This document shows positions 52,673 to 63,429 of a stretch of 64,000 nt of DNA, piece by piece. The translations under genes were made by a program, and so were the position numbers. Where the stretch lies: positions 736,001 to 800,000 of the forward strand of contig OZ219926.1 of NCBI GenBank assembly GCA_964291405.2, given 5' to 3'. Each line of letters starts with the position of its first letter. Positions within the stretch are counted from its first letter, which is position 1. Under the pieces are notes generated by a model, which saw only the letters and a list, made by a program, of their open reading frames with translations, was not told where the DNA came from and made no database searches. This DNA is from Thermodesulfobacteriota bacterium. Its GTDB lineage: Bacteria; Desulfobacterota; Binatia; Bin18.

Positions 52673-53644
52673 ATGAAAACAGACACACGATATCGCTCAG
52701 TCACTCACGTGCTCATCCTCCTCCTGCTTACACTGCTGTTTGCCTGTCATAGCGCAGAAAGTGAAGCGCCTCACGGTCACGACGAGGAGTACAGCCCCGA
52801 AGAGGGAGACGAACATGAAGAAGGGGTCGTGCAACTCTCCCCGGAGGAACTTACCGAGTTCAGTATCGAACTCGCTCGTGCTCAACCCGGCACAATTACA
52901 CGCACAGTTGAGCTACCGGGGGAAGTACAGCCAAACGAAGACCGGCTGGCGCATATTGTCCCGCGCTTTCCTGGCATCGTGACCACTGTCTACAAAAAGA
53001 CCGGAGATACGGTTCACGTACGCGAAACTCTCGCGATTATCGAGAGTAATGAGAGCTTGGCTCCATATGAACTCAAAACACTCACCGCTGGAACAGTCAT
53101 TGAAAAACACATCACCCGTGGCGAGGCAGTCACCCGTGAGAGTCAAGCATTTGTGATTGCCGACCTGAAAAGTGTGTGGGTCAATCTAAGCGTGTATCAG
53201 AAGGATTTACCCGGCGTGCGCGTCGGCCAGTCGGTCACGATTTCTGCAGACCACGGTCTCTCTGAAGCGACAGGAAAAATCTCCTACGTAACGCCGACCG
53301 TCGACGAGGAAACCCGCACGGCGACCGCACGGGTCGTCCTGTCGAATACCAAGAAGCAATGGCGGCCGGGGATGTTTGTCACCGGGCGTGTTGTGGTCGA
53401 GCGTACGGACGTACCGCTTGCGGTTCCCGTCATCGCCCTCCAGACGATGGCCGCCCAGACCATAGTGTTCGTCGAAACAGCCGAGGGCTTTCAGGCCCAG
53501 ACTGTGACGACGGGACGCGCTGATGACCGCTACGTAGAAATCCGAGAAGGGTTAAAGCCAGGGGAGCGCTACGTTAGCCGTGGGGGCTTTACCCTCAAAG
53601 CAGAGATGTCTCGTGAACAGTTTTATGATGGCCACGGACACTAA
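52673..53644 (+). CDS. czcB: RND periplasmic adaptor, CzcB family
   Basis: His/Glu-rich N-terminus (HGHDEE), IADLKSVWV, DEETRT, WRPGMFV, C-terminal GHGH. Confidence 0.9.
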   Translation: MKTDTRYRSVTHVLILLLLTLLFACHSAESEAPHGHDEEYSPEEGDEHEEGVVQLSPEELTEFSIELARAQPGTITRTVELPGEVQPNEDRLAHIVPRFPGIVTTVYKKTGDTVHVRETLAIIESNESLAPYELKTLTAGTVIEKHITRGEAVTRESQAFVIADLKSVWVNLSVYQKDLPGVRVGQSVTISADHGLSEATGKISYVTPTVDEETRTATARVVLSNTKKQWRPGMFVTGRVVVERTDVPLAVPVIALQTMAAQTIVFVETAEGFQAQTVTTGRADDRYVEIREGLKPGERYVSRGGFTLKAEMSREQFYDGHGH

Positions 53645-53657
53645 GGGGGCGGCGGCC

Positions 53658-56600
53658 ATGGAGCGCATCATTCAGTTCAGCCTCTCCAACCGTTCGCTCA
53701 TGGCCGTTCTCGGCGTCCTCCTGGCGGTGGCCGGCTATCGCAGCTACGCGCAGCTCCCCGTGGACGCCTTTCCCGATGTCTCCCCCAATCTGGTGCAGGT
53801 GTTTACCGAGACCGAAGGGCTTGCGCCAGAAGATGTTGAACAATATGTCACCTATCCCATTGAAGCCGTCATGAATGGGCTGCCCGCCATCGAGCGTATC
53901 CGGTCCGTCTCGAACTTTGGCCTCTCTGTCGTCAATATCTACTTTGCGGATGACACAGACATCTATCTTGCGCGACAGCTTGTGAACGAACGGCTGCAAG
54001 AAGCCCGAGAGCGGATTCCCCAAGGTTTTGGAGACCCCAAGCTGGGTCCTATCTCGACCGGCATGGGTCTCGTCCTGTTCTACTATCTGGAAGACGAGGC
54101 TAGTCAGTATACGCTCGAAGAACTCCGGGCCATTCAGGACTGGCTGGTCAAGTTTCATTTGCAAACGGTCCCTGGTGTCACCGAAGTGCTCGGCATTGGG
54201 GGATATGAAAAACAATTTCAGGTAGCCGTCCACCCGGAACTCTTACTCCGGGCCGGGGTCACGATTCGCGATGTGATGACCAGCATCCAAGAAAACAACC
54301 TCAACGTCGGTGCCCAATTTATCGAGAAGAACGCCGAAGAGTTTGTGGTGCGTTCGGTGGGGCTGGTCTCGAACATTGCCGATCTTGAAAACATTGTCAT
54401 CAAGGCCAAGGATGGGACGCCAGTCTTTCTGCGCGAGCTTGCAGACGTCCAGGTCGGCGGCGCCATTCGGCGTGGTGTCCAAACCAAAAATGGGGTCCAG
54501 GAAGTCGTCGCCGGGATGGTAGTCAAGCTCTTGGGGACAAACTCCTCGACGGTGATCGGACAGGTTGAAGCCAAAATGGCAGAGATCAATCGGATTCTTC
54601 CGGCCGGAGTCACGCTTACTCCTTATTACGAACAAAAGACCCTGGTTGCGGCCTGTGTGGCAACGGTTCGGAATGCCTTGGTTCAGGGCGTGATTTTGGT
54701 GGTGTGCGTCCTCCTGCTCTTTCTGGGCAGCCTGCGGCCGAGTGTTGTTGTTGCGCTGGCGGTTCCCTTCTCCGTCCTGTTTGCCACCTTCTGGATGGGG
54801 TATTTGAACATCTCGGCCAATCTCATGTCCCTGGGCGGACTGGCTATTGCGATTGGTATGCTGGTCGACGGGACGATAGTCCTGGTAGAAAACGTGGACC
54901 GCGGGCTGCGGGAGGCGACTCCTGCCATCCCACACGCACAGATAGTCGCTCAGGCGTGTACAGAGGTCGCGCGGCCGATTTTCTTTGCGATTAGCATTGT
55001 TGTGGTTGTTTTTCTCCCGCTCTTTCTCCTCCAGGGGGTAGAGGGCAAAACGTTTCGTCCGCTCGCCTACACAGTGGTGTTGGCCATGGGCGGATCGCTG
55101 CTCTTTACGCTGTTTCTTGCTCCCGTCCTGGCGGTGACGATCATGCGCCGCTCATCGCATCGCCAGGCGTCTTCCACATCCTCCGCGGGTCTCCTCGTCC
55201 GAGGGATTATCCGTCTCTATCGGCCTGTGGTGAGGCTCTTTGTACGGCGACGGGTGATGGCCGTCAGTGTCGCCGTCCTTTTGGTCGCGCTCGGTGGCCT
55301 CGTGCTTCCCTTGCTTGGCTCGGAGTTTACCCCTCGGCTCCAAGAAGGGACCTTAGTCTTGCGGCTCACGATGGCGCCCTCAATTTCGCTGCAGGAGAGT
55401 CAGCGAGTGACCATGATTGTCGAGCGACGGCTGATGAAAATCCCAGAAATTCTCGGTGTGACAACGCGGATTGGCCGAGGGGAAGTCGGCGCGCATACGG
55501 ACCCGATCAATAATGCCGAAATGTATATTCTGCTGAAGCCCCAAGCCGAATGGCGAACGGCGCGGAATCAAGAGCAGCTCGAAGGTGTTATTCGGAAGGA
55601 GTTGGGCCGGGTTCCCGGTGTGTTGACAAACTTTACCCAACCGATCGCCATGGCCGTCGATGAACTCCTTGAGGGTGTCCGCGCAGAGCTTGCCATTAAG
55701 CTTTTTGGCGATGACCTCGAAGTCCTCCTAGCTAAAGGCAACGAAATTGCCAACGTGACGCGACGTATCCGAGGGGCAGCCGACGTGCAGGTAGATCAAG
55801 TGGCAGGGACGCCACAACTCGTCATCCGCGTCAGTCGCCAAGCAGTTGCGCGGTACGGGATGAATGTGGCGGACGTCCAACAGACGATCCGAACCGCAGT
55901 CGGGGGTGAGGTCGTGGGACAGATTTTTGAGGGTGCTCGCCGGTTTGCCATCCTCGTCCGGTTTGCTCCAGAATATCGAAGCACGCGCGCGGCAATCGGC
56001 AACATCCTCATTCCTGGTCCGGGGCGCGTACGCGCCCCGCTCTCAGAGCTGGCAACGATTGAAGAAGTGATCGGCCCGCGCCAGATCACTCGAGAGAATA
56101 CTCAGCGTTTTCTCACCATTCAGTGTAATGTCATGGGCCGGGATATTGGGTCATTCGTGCAGGAGGCCCAAGCCGCCATTGACGCCCAGGTGCGTCTTCC
56201 AGCAGGCTATCTGGTCACTTGGGGCGGTCAATTTCGTTTGCAACAAGAGGCAAATAAACGCCTAGCCATCGTGATTCCCATCACCCTGCTCATCGTCTTC
56301 TTGCTCTTGTTCTCCAGCTTTCAATCGCTCAGAAACGCGTTGTTGATTATCCTCAATATTCCGTTGGCACTTGTGGGCGGAGTGGTCGCGTTATGGGTGA
56401 CGGATCAAAACCTCTCCGTTCCCGCTTCGGTTGGCTTTATTGCGCTCTTTGGCCTTGCTCTTGAGAATGGCATGGTGTTAGTCACCTATCTCAATCAACT
56501 GATTCGGGAAGGCGTCGCGGTTGATGACGCGGTCGTGAGAGGCGCATGTTTACGCTTACGGCCGGTGCTGATGACCGCCGTAACAACCGCCTTGGGCCTT

Positions 56601-56759
56601 ATTCCCCTTCTGGTCTCGCAAGGTACGGGGAGTGAGGTACAGCGCCCACTGGCAACCGTTGTCATAGGAGGGCTGGTTTCGTCAACCGTGCTCACCCTGC
56701 TGGTACTCCCCGCGCTGTACGCCTGGAGTGAACAACGACATCTTCGTCGGACGATATAG
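53658..56759 (+). CDS. czcA: Heavy-metal efflux RND permease, CzcA/CusA family (divalent-type architecture)
   Basis: LPVDAFPDVS, TYPIE, LMSLGGLAIAIGMLVDG, RLRPVLMTA, GSEVQRPLATVVIGGL. Confidence 0.92.
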   Translation: MERIIQFSLSNRSLMAVLGVLLAVAGYRSYAQLPVDAFPDVSPNLVQVFTETEGLAPEDVEQYVTYPIEAVMNGLPAIERIRSVSNFGLSVVNIYFADDTDIYLARQLVNERLQEARERIPQGFGDPKLGPISTGMGLVLFYYLEDEASQYTLEELRAIQDWLVKFHLQTVPGVTEVLGIGGYEKQFQVAVHPELLLRAGVTIRDVMTSIQENNLNVGAQFIEKNAEEFVVRSVGLVSNIADLENIVIKAKDGTPVFLRELADVQVGGAIRRGVQTKNGVQEVVAGMVVKLLGTNSSTVIGQVEAKMAEINRILPAGVTLTPYYEQKTLVAACVATVRNALVQGVILVVCVLLLFLGSLRPSVVVALAVPFSVLFATFWMGYLNISANLMSLGGLAIAIGMLVDGTIVLVENVDRGLREATPAIPHAQIVAQACTEVARPIFFAISIVVVVFLPLFLLQGVEGKTFRPLAYTVVLAMGGSLLFTLFLAPVLAVTIMRRSSHRQASSTSSAGLLVRGIIRLYRPVVRLFVRRRVMAVSVAVLLVALGGLVLPLLGSEFTPRLQEGTLVLRLTMAPSISLQESQRVTMIVERRLMKIPEILGVTTRIGRGEVGAHTDPINNAEMYILLKPQAEWRTARNQEQLEGVIRKELGRVPGVLTNFTQPIAMAVDELLEGVRAELAIKLFGDDLEVLLAKGNEIANVTRRIRGAADVQVDQVAGTPQLVIRVSRQAVARYGMNVADVQQTIRTAVGGEVVGQIFEGARRFAILVRFAPEYRSTRAAIGNILIPGPGRVRAPLSELATIEEVIGPRQITRENTQRFLTIQCNVMGRDIGSFVQEAQAAIDAQVRLPAGYLVTWGGQFRLQQEANKRLAIVIPITLLIVFLLLFSSFQSLRNALLIILNIPLALVGGVVALWVTDQNLSVPASVGFIALFGLALENGMVLVTYLNQLIREGVAVDDAVVRGACLRLRPVLMTAVTTALGLIPLLVSQGTGSEVQRPLATVVIGGLVSSTVLTLLVLPALYAWSEQRHLRRTI

Positions 56760-56782
56760 GCATGGCAGCCGTTCCCACTGAC

Positions 56783-59700
56783 TCAGCTCTCAACCCGTCT
56801 TTGAGCTCGAAACTCTGCGACCCCGCAGTACAGGACCGGCACGACAAATACGGTCAGCAGAGCGATGGCCATGCCGCCGAAGGACGGGATGGCCATCGGC
56901 ACCATGATATCGGCCCCACGGCCCCGCGAGGTGAGCACGGGTAAGAGGGCCAAGAGTGTCGTTGCCATAGTCATCAATGCCGGCCGTATACGCCGTTGAG
57001 CCGCCAATCGAACCGCAGCCCGAATTCCCTCTCTCGTTCCGGGTCCATCTTTTTCAAACCGCTGTTCGAGATAGCTTGCTATCAGGACTCCGTTATCCGT
57101 CGCAATCCCAAACAGCGCAATAAAGCCAACCCACACCGCGACGCTCAAATTAAAGGGACGGACCTGGAACAGGTCACGCAGATTGATCTCGCCTAGGCCG
57201 ACGTTCAAAAACCAGTCCTGAGCATACAGCCACAGCATAAGAAACCCGCCGGCCCATGCGACAAAGATACCCGAGAAGATAAAAAAGGTCGTTGTGACTG
57301 AACGGAATTGCAAATACAGAATAAGAAAAATCACAAAGAGGGTAAGTGGAATAACAACGCTGAGTCGCTTCTTTGCTCGGAGCTGATTCTCATAGCTTCC
57401 GGCAAATGTATAGCTGACCCCGGCTGGCAGCTGCCATTCGCCGCTCGCAAGTTTGTCTTGCAGATACACCTGTGCTTCCCTGACCACTTCCACTTCGGCA
57501 TGGCCGGGCTTTTTGTCAAAGACCACATAGCTCGTCAGGAAGGTGTCCTCACTCTTGATCACTTGCGCACGGCGTTCAAACGAAATATCTGCGAGTTCAC
57601 GGAGCGGGATGTGTTGGCCGAGGGGCGTGGGAATGAGAATCCCGCCCAAGGTGTCCAGGTCGTTTCGAAGTTCTCGGAGGTATCGAATCCGCACCGGATA
57701 CCGCTCCCGTCCTTCAACCGTCAGCGTCAGCGGCTTGCCACCAACGGCGACTTCGATGATGTCCTGGACAGCCTTGATCGTCAGTCCGTAGCGGGCGATC
57801 CGGGCACGGTTAATCCGAATCTCCAGATACGGCTTGCCGATGACGCGGTCCGCGATAACGGTTGCCGGTTCGATAGACGGCACTTCTTTCAGCCACGTTT
57901 CAATCTGTTGCCCAGTGGTATCAATAGTTTCCAGGGTCGGCCCTTTCACTTTTACTCCCATGGGCGCACGCATGCCGGATTGCAGCATGACGATGCGAGC
58001 GGCGATGGGTTGGAGCTTGGGCGCGGACGTGACGCCTGGGATTGTGGTGACCCGGACAATTTCATTCCAGATATCATCGGGAGTACGAATGTGGGCCCGC
58101 CACTGCCGATACGGCCGTCCGTCCGAGTCTGGAATAAGCTGGCCCTGCGCGTCGCGGACAAATTCGTCAGCGGCTGTGTCATAGCGAAAATATACCGGAT
58201 ACCCATTGGCATCGACGATGTACTCCGACTTGTAGTTGATAACGTTCTCAAACATGGAAATAGGGGCTGGGTCGAGCGAAGAATCGACTCGTCCCAGTTT
58301 CCCCACGCTCAATGCAACCTCAGGAATCGCAGCAACGGCCATATCGAGATTCTTCACCACCTCCAGCGCTTCTCCAATGGATGCATGCGGCATGGTCGTC
58401 GGCATATACAGAAATGACCCCTCGTCGAGCGTCGGCATAAACTCCTCGCCCATACGGGACCAGATCGCTCCACCCGCTACTACCACGCTGAGAGGAATGA
58501 CCGCGAAGAGGAGTTTATGTTGGAGACACCAGCCGAGAAGTCGTGGGTACACGTCCTGAAAAAACTTGAAGCCGGTCAACACCAGGACAATCAGTACTCC
58601 CACAAAGACCATGTTGATGGGTGTCCCGGTCTCAACTCCAATGGGGAGCCAAGACCGGGCCAGAAAGAACAGGGTGACGACGATAATGCCAGTCAGAGCG
58701 AGGTAACGTTCGTAACGGGAAAGCCACACATAACGAGAGAGAAACGTCTCACGCGCCAGGTTAGAGACACCCAGCAGCATCAGGACGAGACCAGGAAAGA
58801 GGTAGGTCCACATCAGCAGGAGGCCAGCGATGCTCTCGACGAGGTAGAGTCCTCGCCTCAGTCCGGTTCGCCCCGTCCAGTCCCGAAAAAGGAGATAAGC
58901 CGCTGGTGGGATCACAACGAGCGAAACAAACAGCGCCCCCAGAAGAGCGAATGTCTTGGTGTAGGCAAGCGGCGTAAACAGTTTTCCTTCCGCGGCCTGG
59001 AGGGCAAACACGGGCAGAAAACTCACAACCGTCGTCAGGACCGCGGTGCGCACCGCCCCGGCAACCTCAACGGTCGCTTCATAGACTATCTCCAGACGAC
59101 TCTTACCGGGCGGGGCGGCGTTGAGGTGGAAGAGAATATTCTCACACAGGACAATACCCATATCGACCATCGTGCCAATGGCAATCGCAATGCCGGAGAG
59201 CGCCACAATATTGGCCGGCACTTGAAACGCCTGCATCAGGCCAAAAGCAATGAGGATAGCCAGGGGAAGCACCAGAGCAATCAGGAAGGCGCTCATCAGG
59301 TGGAAGACCATGACGACCACCACGATGACGGTCACGAGGATTTCTTCCGTAAGCGCGGCCCTGAGCGTCCCGAGCGTCTCAAGAATCAATCCGGTCCGGT
59401 CATAGAAGGGCACGATCGTGAGTTTTGATACTGTGCCATCGGCAAGCGTCTTTTCCGGCATACCGGGAGAGATTTCGTCAATCTTCGCCCGAACGTTCTG
59501 GATTGTCGTGAGAGGATTCTCGCCATAGCGGACAACTACGACTCCTCCCACGACCTCCGCCCCATCTTTATCAAGCGCCCCACGGCGCAGAGCCGGCCCG
59601 AGCCGCACCTGCGCGACATCTTTGACCTGAACCGGGATATTGTTCTCCCGAACGGTGATGGCGATATCCTCGATGTCTTGGAGCGTCTGGATAAAGCCCA

Positions 59701-60451
59701 CGCCACGGACGATATATTCCACCCGGTTCACTTCAATAGTGCGCGCACCGACATCGAGATTGGAGCTACGAACCGCATTGATGATCTGGGCAAGACTGAC
59801 ATCATACGCCCGAAGCGCATCGGGGTTGATGTCGATTTGGTATTCTTTGACAAACCCGCCGATAGAGGCCACCTCGGCAACGCCATCCGCCCCTTGCAGC
59901 GCATAGCGAACGTACCAGTCCTGGACGCTACGGATCTCGTCCAGATTCCAGCCACCGGTTGGATTGTCATCAGGATCACGGCCTTCGAGCGTATACCAGA
60001 AGATCTGTCCCAGGGCGGTCGCATCCGGCCCTAGAGCGGGCGAGACATCGTCCGGTAACATGCCTTGTGGGAGGCTGGAGAGTTTCTCCAACACCCGGGA
60101 ACGGGACCAATAGAAGTCCACTTCATCCTTGAAAATGACGTAGATGGAGGAGTATCCAAAATACGAAAAGCTCCGGATGGTTTTGACACCGGGTATCCCC
60201 AGCAGGGAGACCGTCAGCGGGTGGCTGATTTGATCCTCAACATCACGCGGAGAGCGTCCCGGCCATTTCGTAAAGACAATTTGCTGATTCTCGCTAATGT
60301 CCGGGATGGCATCGACCATGACCGGGTTCCGGGGGAGAAAATCGAGCTTCCAATCAAACGGGGCAACCATGATGCCCCACGCAGTAACGAAGATAATGAA
60401 GAGGGCAACGACCAGCTTATTTTCAAGACAAAAGCGGATAGCGGTATTCAT
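56783..60451 (-). CDS. cusA: Cu(I)/Ag(I) efflux RND permease, CusA type (long form)
   Basis: DAIPDISENQQIVFT, LGPDATALGQ, LDEGSFLYMPTTMP, DPAPISMFE, IVMLQSGM (Met sites), RIRPALMT. Confidence 0.92.
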   Translation of the reverse strand: MNTAIRFCLENKLVVALFIIFVTAWGIMVAPFDWKLDFLPRNPVMVDAIPDISENQQIVFTKWPGRSPRDVEDQISHPLTVSLLGIPGVKTIRSFSYFGYSSIYVIFKDEVDFYWSRSRVLEKLSSLPQGMLPDDVSPALGPDATALGQIFWYTLEGRDPDDNPTGGWNLDEIRSVQDWYVRYALQGADGVAEVASIGGFVKEYQIDINPDALRAYDVSLAQIINAVRSSNLDVGARTIEVNRVEYIVRGVGFIQTLQDIEDIAITVRENNIPVQVKDVAQVRLGPALRRGALDKDGAEVVGGVVVVRYGENPLTTIQNVRAKIDEISPGMPEKTLADGTVSKLTIVPFYDRTGLILETLGTLRAALTEEILVTVIVVVVMVFHLMSAFLIALVLPLAILIAFGLMQAFQVPANIVALSGIAIAIGTMVDMGIVLCENILFHLNAAPPGKSRLEIVYEATVEVAGAVRTAVLTTVVSFLPVFALQAAEGKLFTPLAYTKTFALLGALFVSLVVIPPAAYLLFRDWTGRTGLRRGLYLVESIAGLLLMWTYLFPGLVLMLLGVSNLARETFLSRYVWLSRYERYLALTGIIVVTLFFLARSWLPIGVETGTPINMVFVGVLIVLVLTGFKFFQDVYPRLLGWCLQHKLLFAVIPLSVVVAGGAIWSRMGEEFMPTLDEGSFLYMPTTMPHASIGEALEVVKNLDMAVAAIPEVALSVGKLGRVDSSLDPAPISMFENVINYKSEYIVDANGYPVYFRYDTAADEFVRDAQGQLIPDSDGRPYRQWRAHIRTPDDIWNEIVRVTTIPGVTSAPKLQPIAARIVMLQSGMRAPMGVKVKGPTLETIDTTGQQIETWLKEVPSIEPATVIADRVIGKPYLEIRINRARIARYGLTIKAVQDIIEVAVGGKPLTLTVEGRERYPVRIRYLRELRNDLDTLGGILIPTPLGQHIPLRELADISFERRAQVIKSEDTFLTSYVVFDKKPGHAEVEVVREAQVYLQDKLASGEWQLPAGVSYTFAGSYENQLRAKKRLSVVIPLTLFVIFLILYLQFRSVTTTFFIFSGIFVAWAGGFLMLWLYAQDWFLNVGLGEINLRDLFQVRPFNLSVAVWVGFIALFGIATDNGVLIASYLEQRFEKDGPGTREGIRAAVRLAAQRRIRPALMTMATTLLALLPVLTSRGRGADIMVPMAIPSFGGMAIALLTVFVVPVLYCGVAEFRAQRRVES

Positions 60452-60478
60452 GCAGAACTCCCCCCGTGTCTTTGGACC

Positions 60479-61852
60479 TCAATGGGCATGCGTACCGCCT
60501 GCCCGCCCGCCGTGGGGATTCATCATGCTGCGTTTGCCCTGAATCTGGAGGTCTGCATCAATTTTGAACGAGCCGCTTGAAACGACACGTTCCCCCTCAT
60601 GGACGCCCGCTTTGACCACGTAATAGTCCCCTGCGCGCGGACCGAGCGTAACGGTTCGGCCCTCGTACGTCCCAGTGCCCGGTTTCTGCACGTACACAAT
60701 GGCGCGCTTCCCCGTAATGAGCGGTGCGGACGCAGGAATAACCAGTGGCGGCCCTGCCCGGTGTTCATGACTGTGGCCCAGCAGAGGAAGACTGTCGGCC
60801 AAGACCAGAGTCATGCCGCAAATGGGGCAACTGCCCGCCACCTGGCGTATCACCTCCGGATGCATAGGGCAGATATACTGGCCGGTATAAGAAGGCCCAA
60901 CGACGGTTCCCTGGTCCGAAATCTGAGCCTGGATCGTTGCGGTGACGAATAATCCGGGCTTCAGCCTGAGGTCGGGATTTTCCACGTTCACCCGCACCCG
61001 GACTGTGCGTGTTCTCTCGTCCAGGAAGGGCTGAACGAAGGAAACTACGCCGTGAAATTCTTCTCCAGGGAACGCTTCGGCCTGAAAGGCCACCTGTTGC
61101 CCGTAGCGAAGCCAGGGCAGATCAGACTCATAGGCGTCCAGATACAACCACAGGCGTGACAGATCGGCAATCGTATAAATCTCGGTGCCCGTGTCCACAT
61201 ACATGCCCTCGTTGATCTGCTTCTCCACCACAATCCCGCCTATAGGAGCGTAGATGGTGACCTGCTCATCGGCCTGCCCCCGTTTCTCAATCTGACCCAC
61301 CTGCGTACTCGTCAGCCCCAACAGGCGCAGCTTGTCTCGGGCGGCTTGCACCGAGCGCTCCGACGAACGTTTCACGATGGGACTGGTGCTCCCACGTAGC
61401 CGGTCGAGTGAACGGGCCGCCTGAATCAGCTCTTCCTGAGCAGACAGGAGCTCCGGGCTGTAGAGAGAGACCATATGATCGCCCTGGTTGACGCGAATCC
61501 CGGTATAGTTCACATACAGGCGGTCCACACGCCCGGATACCCAAGCAGTAATATGCTTGAGCCGTGTTTCGTCATAATCAATCTTTCCGACCAGCCGTAC
61601 CTCCCGGGCGACCCATTTCCGCTCCACCAGTGCGGTCTCAAGCTGGATCAAGCGCTTGGCAGTGTCGCTGAGCAGAATCTCCTGACCGGAGGCCTCAGCT
61701 TCTCCGCCCGGCATGGCGGTAGCATGCGAGGCGTGTCTGTGCGTGTCATGACCTGCGTGCTGAGCGATACTCTTCTCAACTCCAGTCAATATCGTCAGAC
61801 ACAGGAGCAGACCGTTCAGCACGAAAACGTTGACATGTCTCATTAGATTCAC
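60479..61852 (-). CDS. cusB: RND periplasmic adaptor, CusB type with a heavy-metal-binding domain
   Basis: YSPELLSAQEE, IADLSRLW, LKPGLF; YICPMHPEV...CPICGMTL domain; His-rich termini. Confidence 0.92.
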   Translation of the reverse strand: MNLMRHVNVFVLNGLLLCLTILTGVEKSIAQHAGHDTHRHASHATAMPGGEAEASGQEILLSDTAKRLIQLETALVERKWVAREVRLVGKIDYDETRLKHITAWVSGRVDRLYVNYTGIRVNQGDHMVSLYSPELLSAQEELIQAARSLDRLRGSTSPIVKRSSERSVQAARDKLRLLGLTSTQVGQIEKRGQADEQVTIYAPIGGIVVEKQINEGMYVDTGTEIYTIADLSRLWLYLDAYESDLPWLRYGQQVAFQAEAFPGEEFHGVVSFVQPFLDERTRTVRVRVNVENPDLRLKPGLFVTATIQAQISDQGTVVGPSYTGQYICPMHPEVIRQVAGSCPICGMTLVLADSLPLLGHSHEHRAGPPLVIPASAPLITGKRAIVYVQKPGTGTYEGRTVTLGPRAGDYYVVKAGVHEGERVVSSGSFKIDADLQIQGKRSMMNPHGGRAGGTHAH

Positions 61853-63300
61853 CTTCCCCTCTCCCCATCAGAGAGGAAATCGCTATATCCACCGCTCAGC
61901 ATAAAAAGCTTCGCGATGGCGATGGCTCGGTCCGTTCGAGCCCGGCTCAACGACAGTTCGAAATCCAATAATCGCCGGCCTGAGTCGAGCACGTCCAAGA
62001 AGCCTGCCTGACCACTCTCATAGGCAGTAAAACTGGCTTCAATAGACTCTTCTGCTTTTGGCAGCAGCGTATGGGTAAAGAGGGCTATCTTGCGCTCGGC
62101 ATCGCGTAGCGCAAACCGCGCTCTGGCAAAGTTTGAGGCTAATACTACGACGCTATCTCGACGCTGTGCCTCGAGGCTGTATTGCCGCCATACCGCTTCC
62201 TCGACGATGGCCCGATTCTTCTTCCCATAGATCGGCAGGGTCATTGAGAGCGTTGGTATCAGGGCGTCTTTGCCACTATCGGTTGGTCCCGGACGCTTAT
62301 CCGTCGCGATATAATCAAGACCAAGCGTAAAATCGGGGTAAGCCGTCTTCCCGGCCAGTTCGACCCCCACCCGTCTCGCCTGAATGAGGGCATCGAAGCG
62401 CGCCAGCTTTGGATTACCTGAGAAGACGGTCTCTTCGGTCAGTTGCCGGGCCGCGCGCGCTTCCGCATCCAGAGCCGGGTCCAGGAGCAGGCTGGGAGGA
62501 ATGTGGATGGCTGCCGTCGCGGGACGATTCAACAGCGCGTTAAACGCCACCTGGGTCGGTTGGATGACCTCGCGGAATTCCGCGAGGCGGTCCTCTAATT
62601 GCCCCAACTCGGTCTGTACGCGGACCAGATCGCTATGGGTGCCAATACCAGAGCGAAAACGGACCTGGAGGACTTTTTCCCAGGATTGGACGAGTTGGAG
62701 GGTATCCTCGGCAATGCGGACCGTGGCGTGCAGATAGACCAGTTCGGCATACGTCTTGGCCACCTCAAAAACGAGTTCGTTTTTGAGACTCAGAAAACGA
62801 GAAAAGGCCGCGCGCGCCTCGAAGTCCGCCTCATCACCACGCAGCGCCAGCGTTCCGAACCACGGAAACGCCTGGCTCAGGCCAAGCCGATGCTGTTGCG
62901 CTCCGACCCGAGTCTCAACCGAACGCAAGAAATATCCATAGGTCAGTCGGGGGTCGGCAAGAGCCGTGACCTGAGGCCGTTTCTTGAGGGCCGCCTGATA
63001 GGCCGCAAAACTCCCTCGCAGCCTCGCGCTGTTTTCGAGCGCATAGAGGACATAGCCATAGAGGGTCTTCGGAAATCGCTCTGTCGTGGAGGCGGTAGAC
63101 TTCGCTTGTCTCCCTGGGGTGCTGGCCGTGCCAGACGTATCTTCTCCCAGAAGAGGCGGTAAAACCTGACTCTGAGGCATGGGAGATGACCCGCCTCCGG
63201 TACGTGCCGTGAAGATAGAAGCCGTCGTACACCCCGACGGCAGAGGAGTTATAATGACAAGTATCACAATAAAAAATCGCCACGCGAAACTGTTCATCAT
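61849..63300 (-). CDS. Outer-membrane factor, TolC/CusC family
   Basis: PSGC lipobox-like site, LADPRLTYG, LSQAFPWFGTL, YPDFTLG, FLDVLDS. Confidence 0.88.
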   Translation of the reverse strand: MMNSFAWRFFIVILVIITPLPSGCTTASIFTARTGGGSSPMPQSQVLPPLLGEDTSGTASTPGRQAKSTASTTERFPKTLYGYVLYALENSARLRGSFAAYQAALKKRPQVTALADPRLTYGYFLRSVETRVGAQQHRLGLSQAFPWFGTLALRGDEADFEARAAFSRFLSLKNELVFEVAKTYAELVYLHATVRIAEDTLQLVQSWEKVLQVRFRSGIGTHSDLVRVQTELGQLEDRLAEFREVIQPTQVAFNALLNRPATAAIHIPPSLLLDPALDAEARAARQLTEETVFSGNPKLARFDALIQARRVGVELAGKTAYPDFTLGLDYIATDKRPGPTDSGKDALIPTLSMTLPIYGKKNRAIVEEAVWRQYSLEAQRRDSVVVLASNFARARFALRDAERKIALFTHTLLPKAEESIEASFTAYESGQAGFLDVLDSGRRLLDFELSLSRARTDRAIAIAKLFMLSGGYSDFLSDGERGR

Positions 63301-63429
63301 CAGAGGCTACTTTCTCACTACTGGTATGAGCGTGCGTCTTCGGAAGACACACAAAGAGCGGTTCGGCGGCAATGCGCCGGCACGACACAGAAATGGGCAA
63401 CTATCACCTGCTAGGTGATAGAGCGGGAT

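Noticed and set aside
57308-59428. Long plus-strand ORFs of 369 and 303 aa
   Set aside because: Antisense shadows of cusA with no family motifs.
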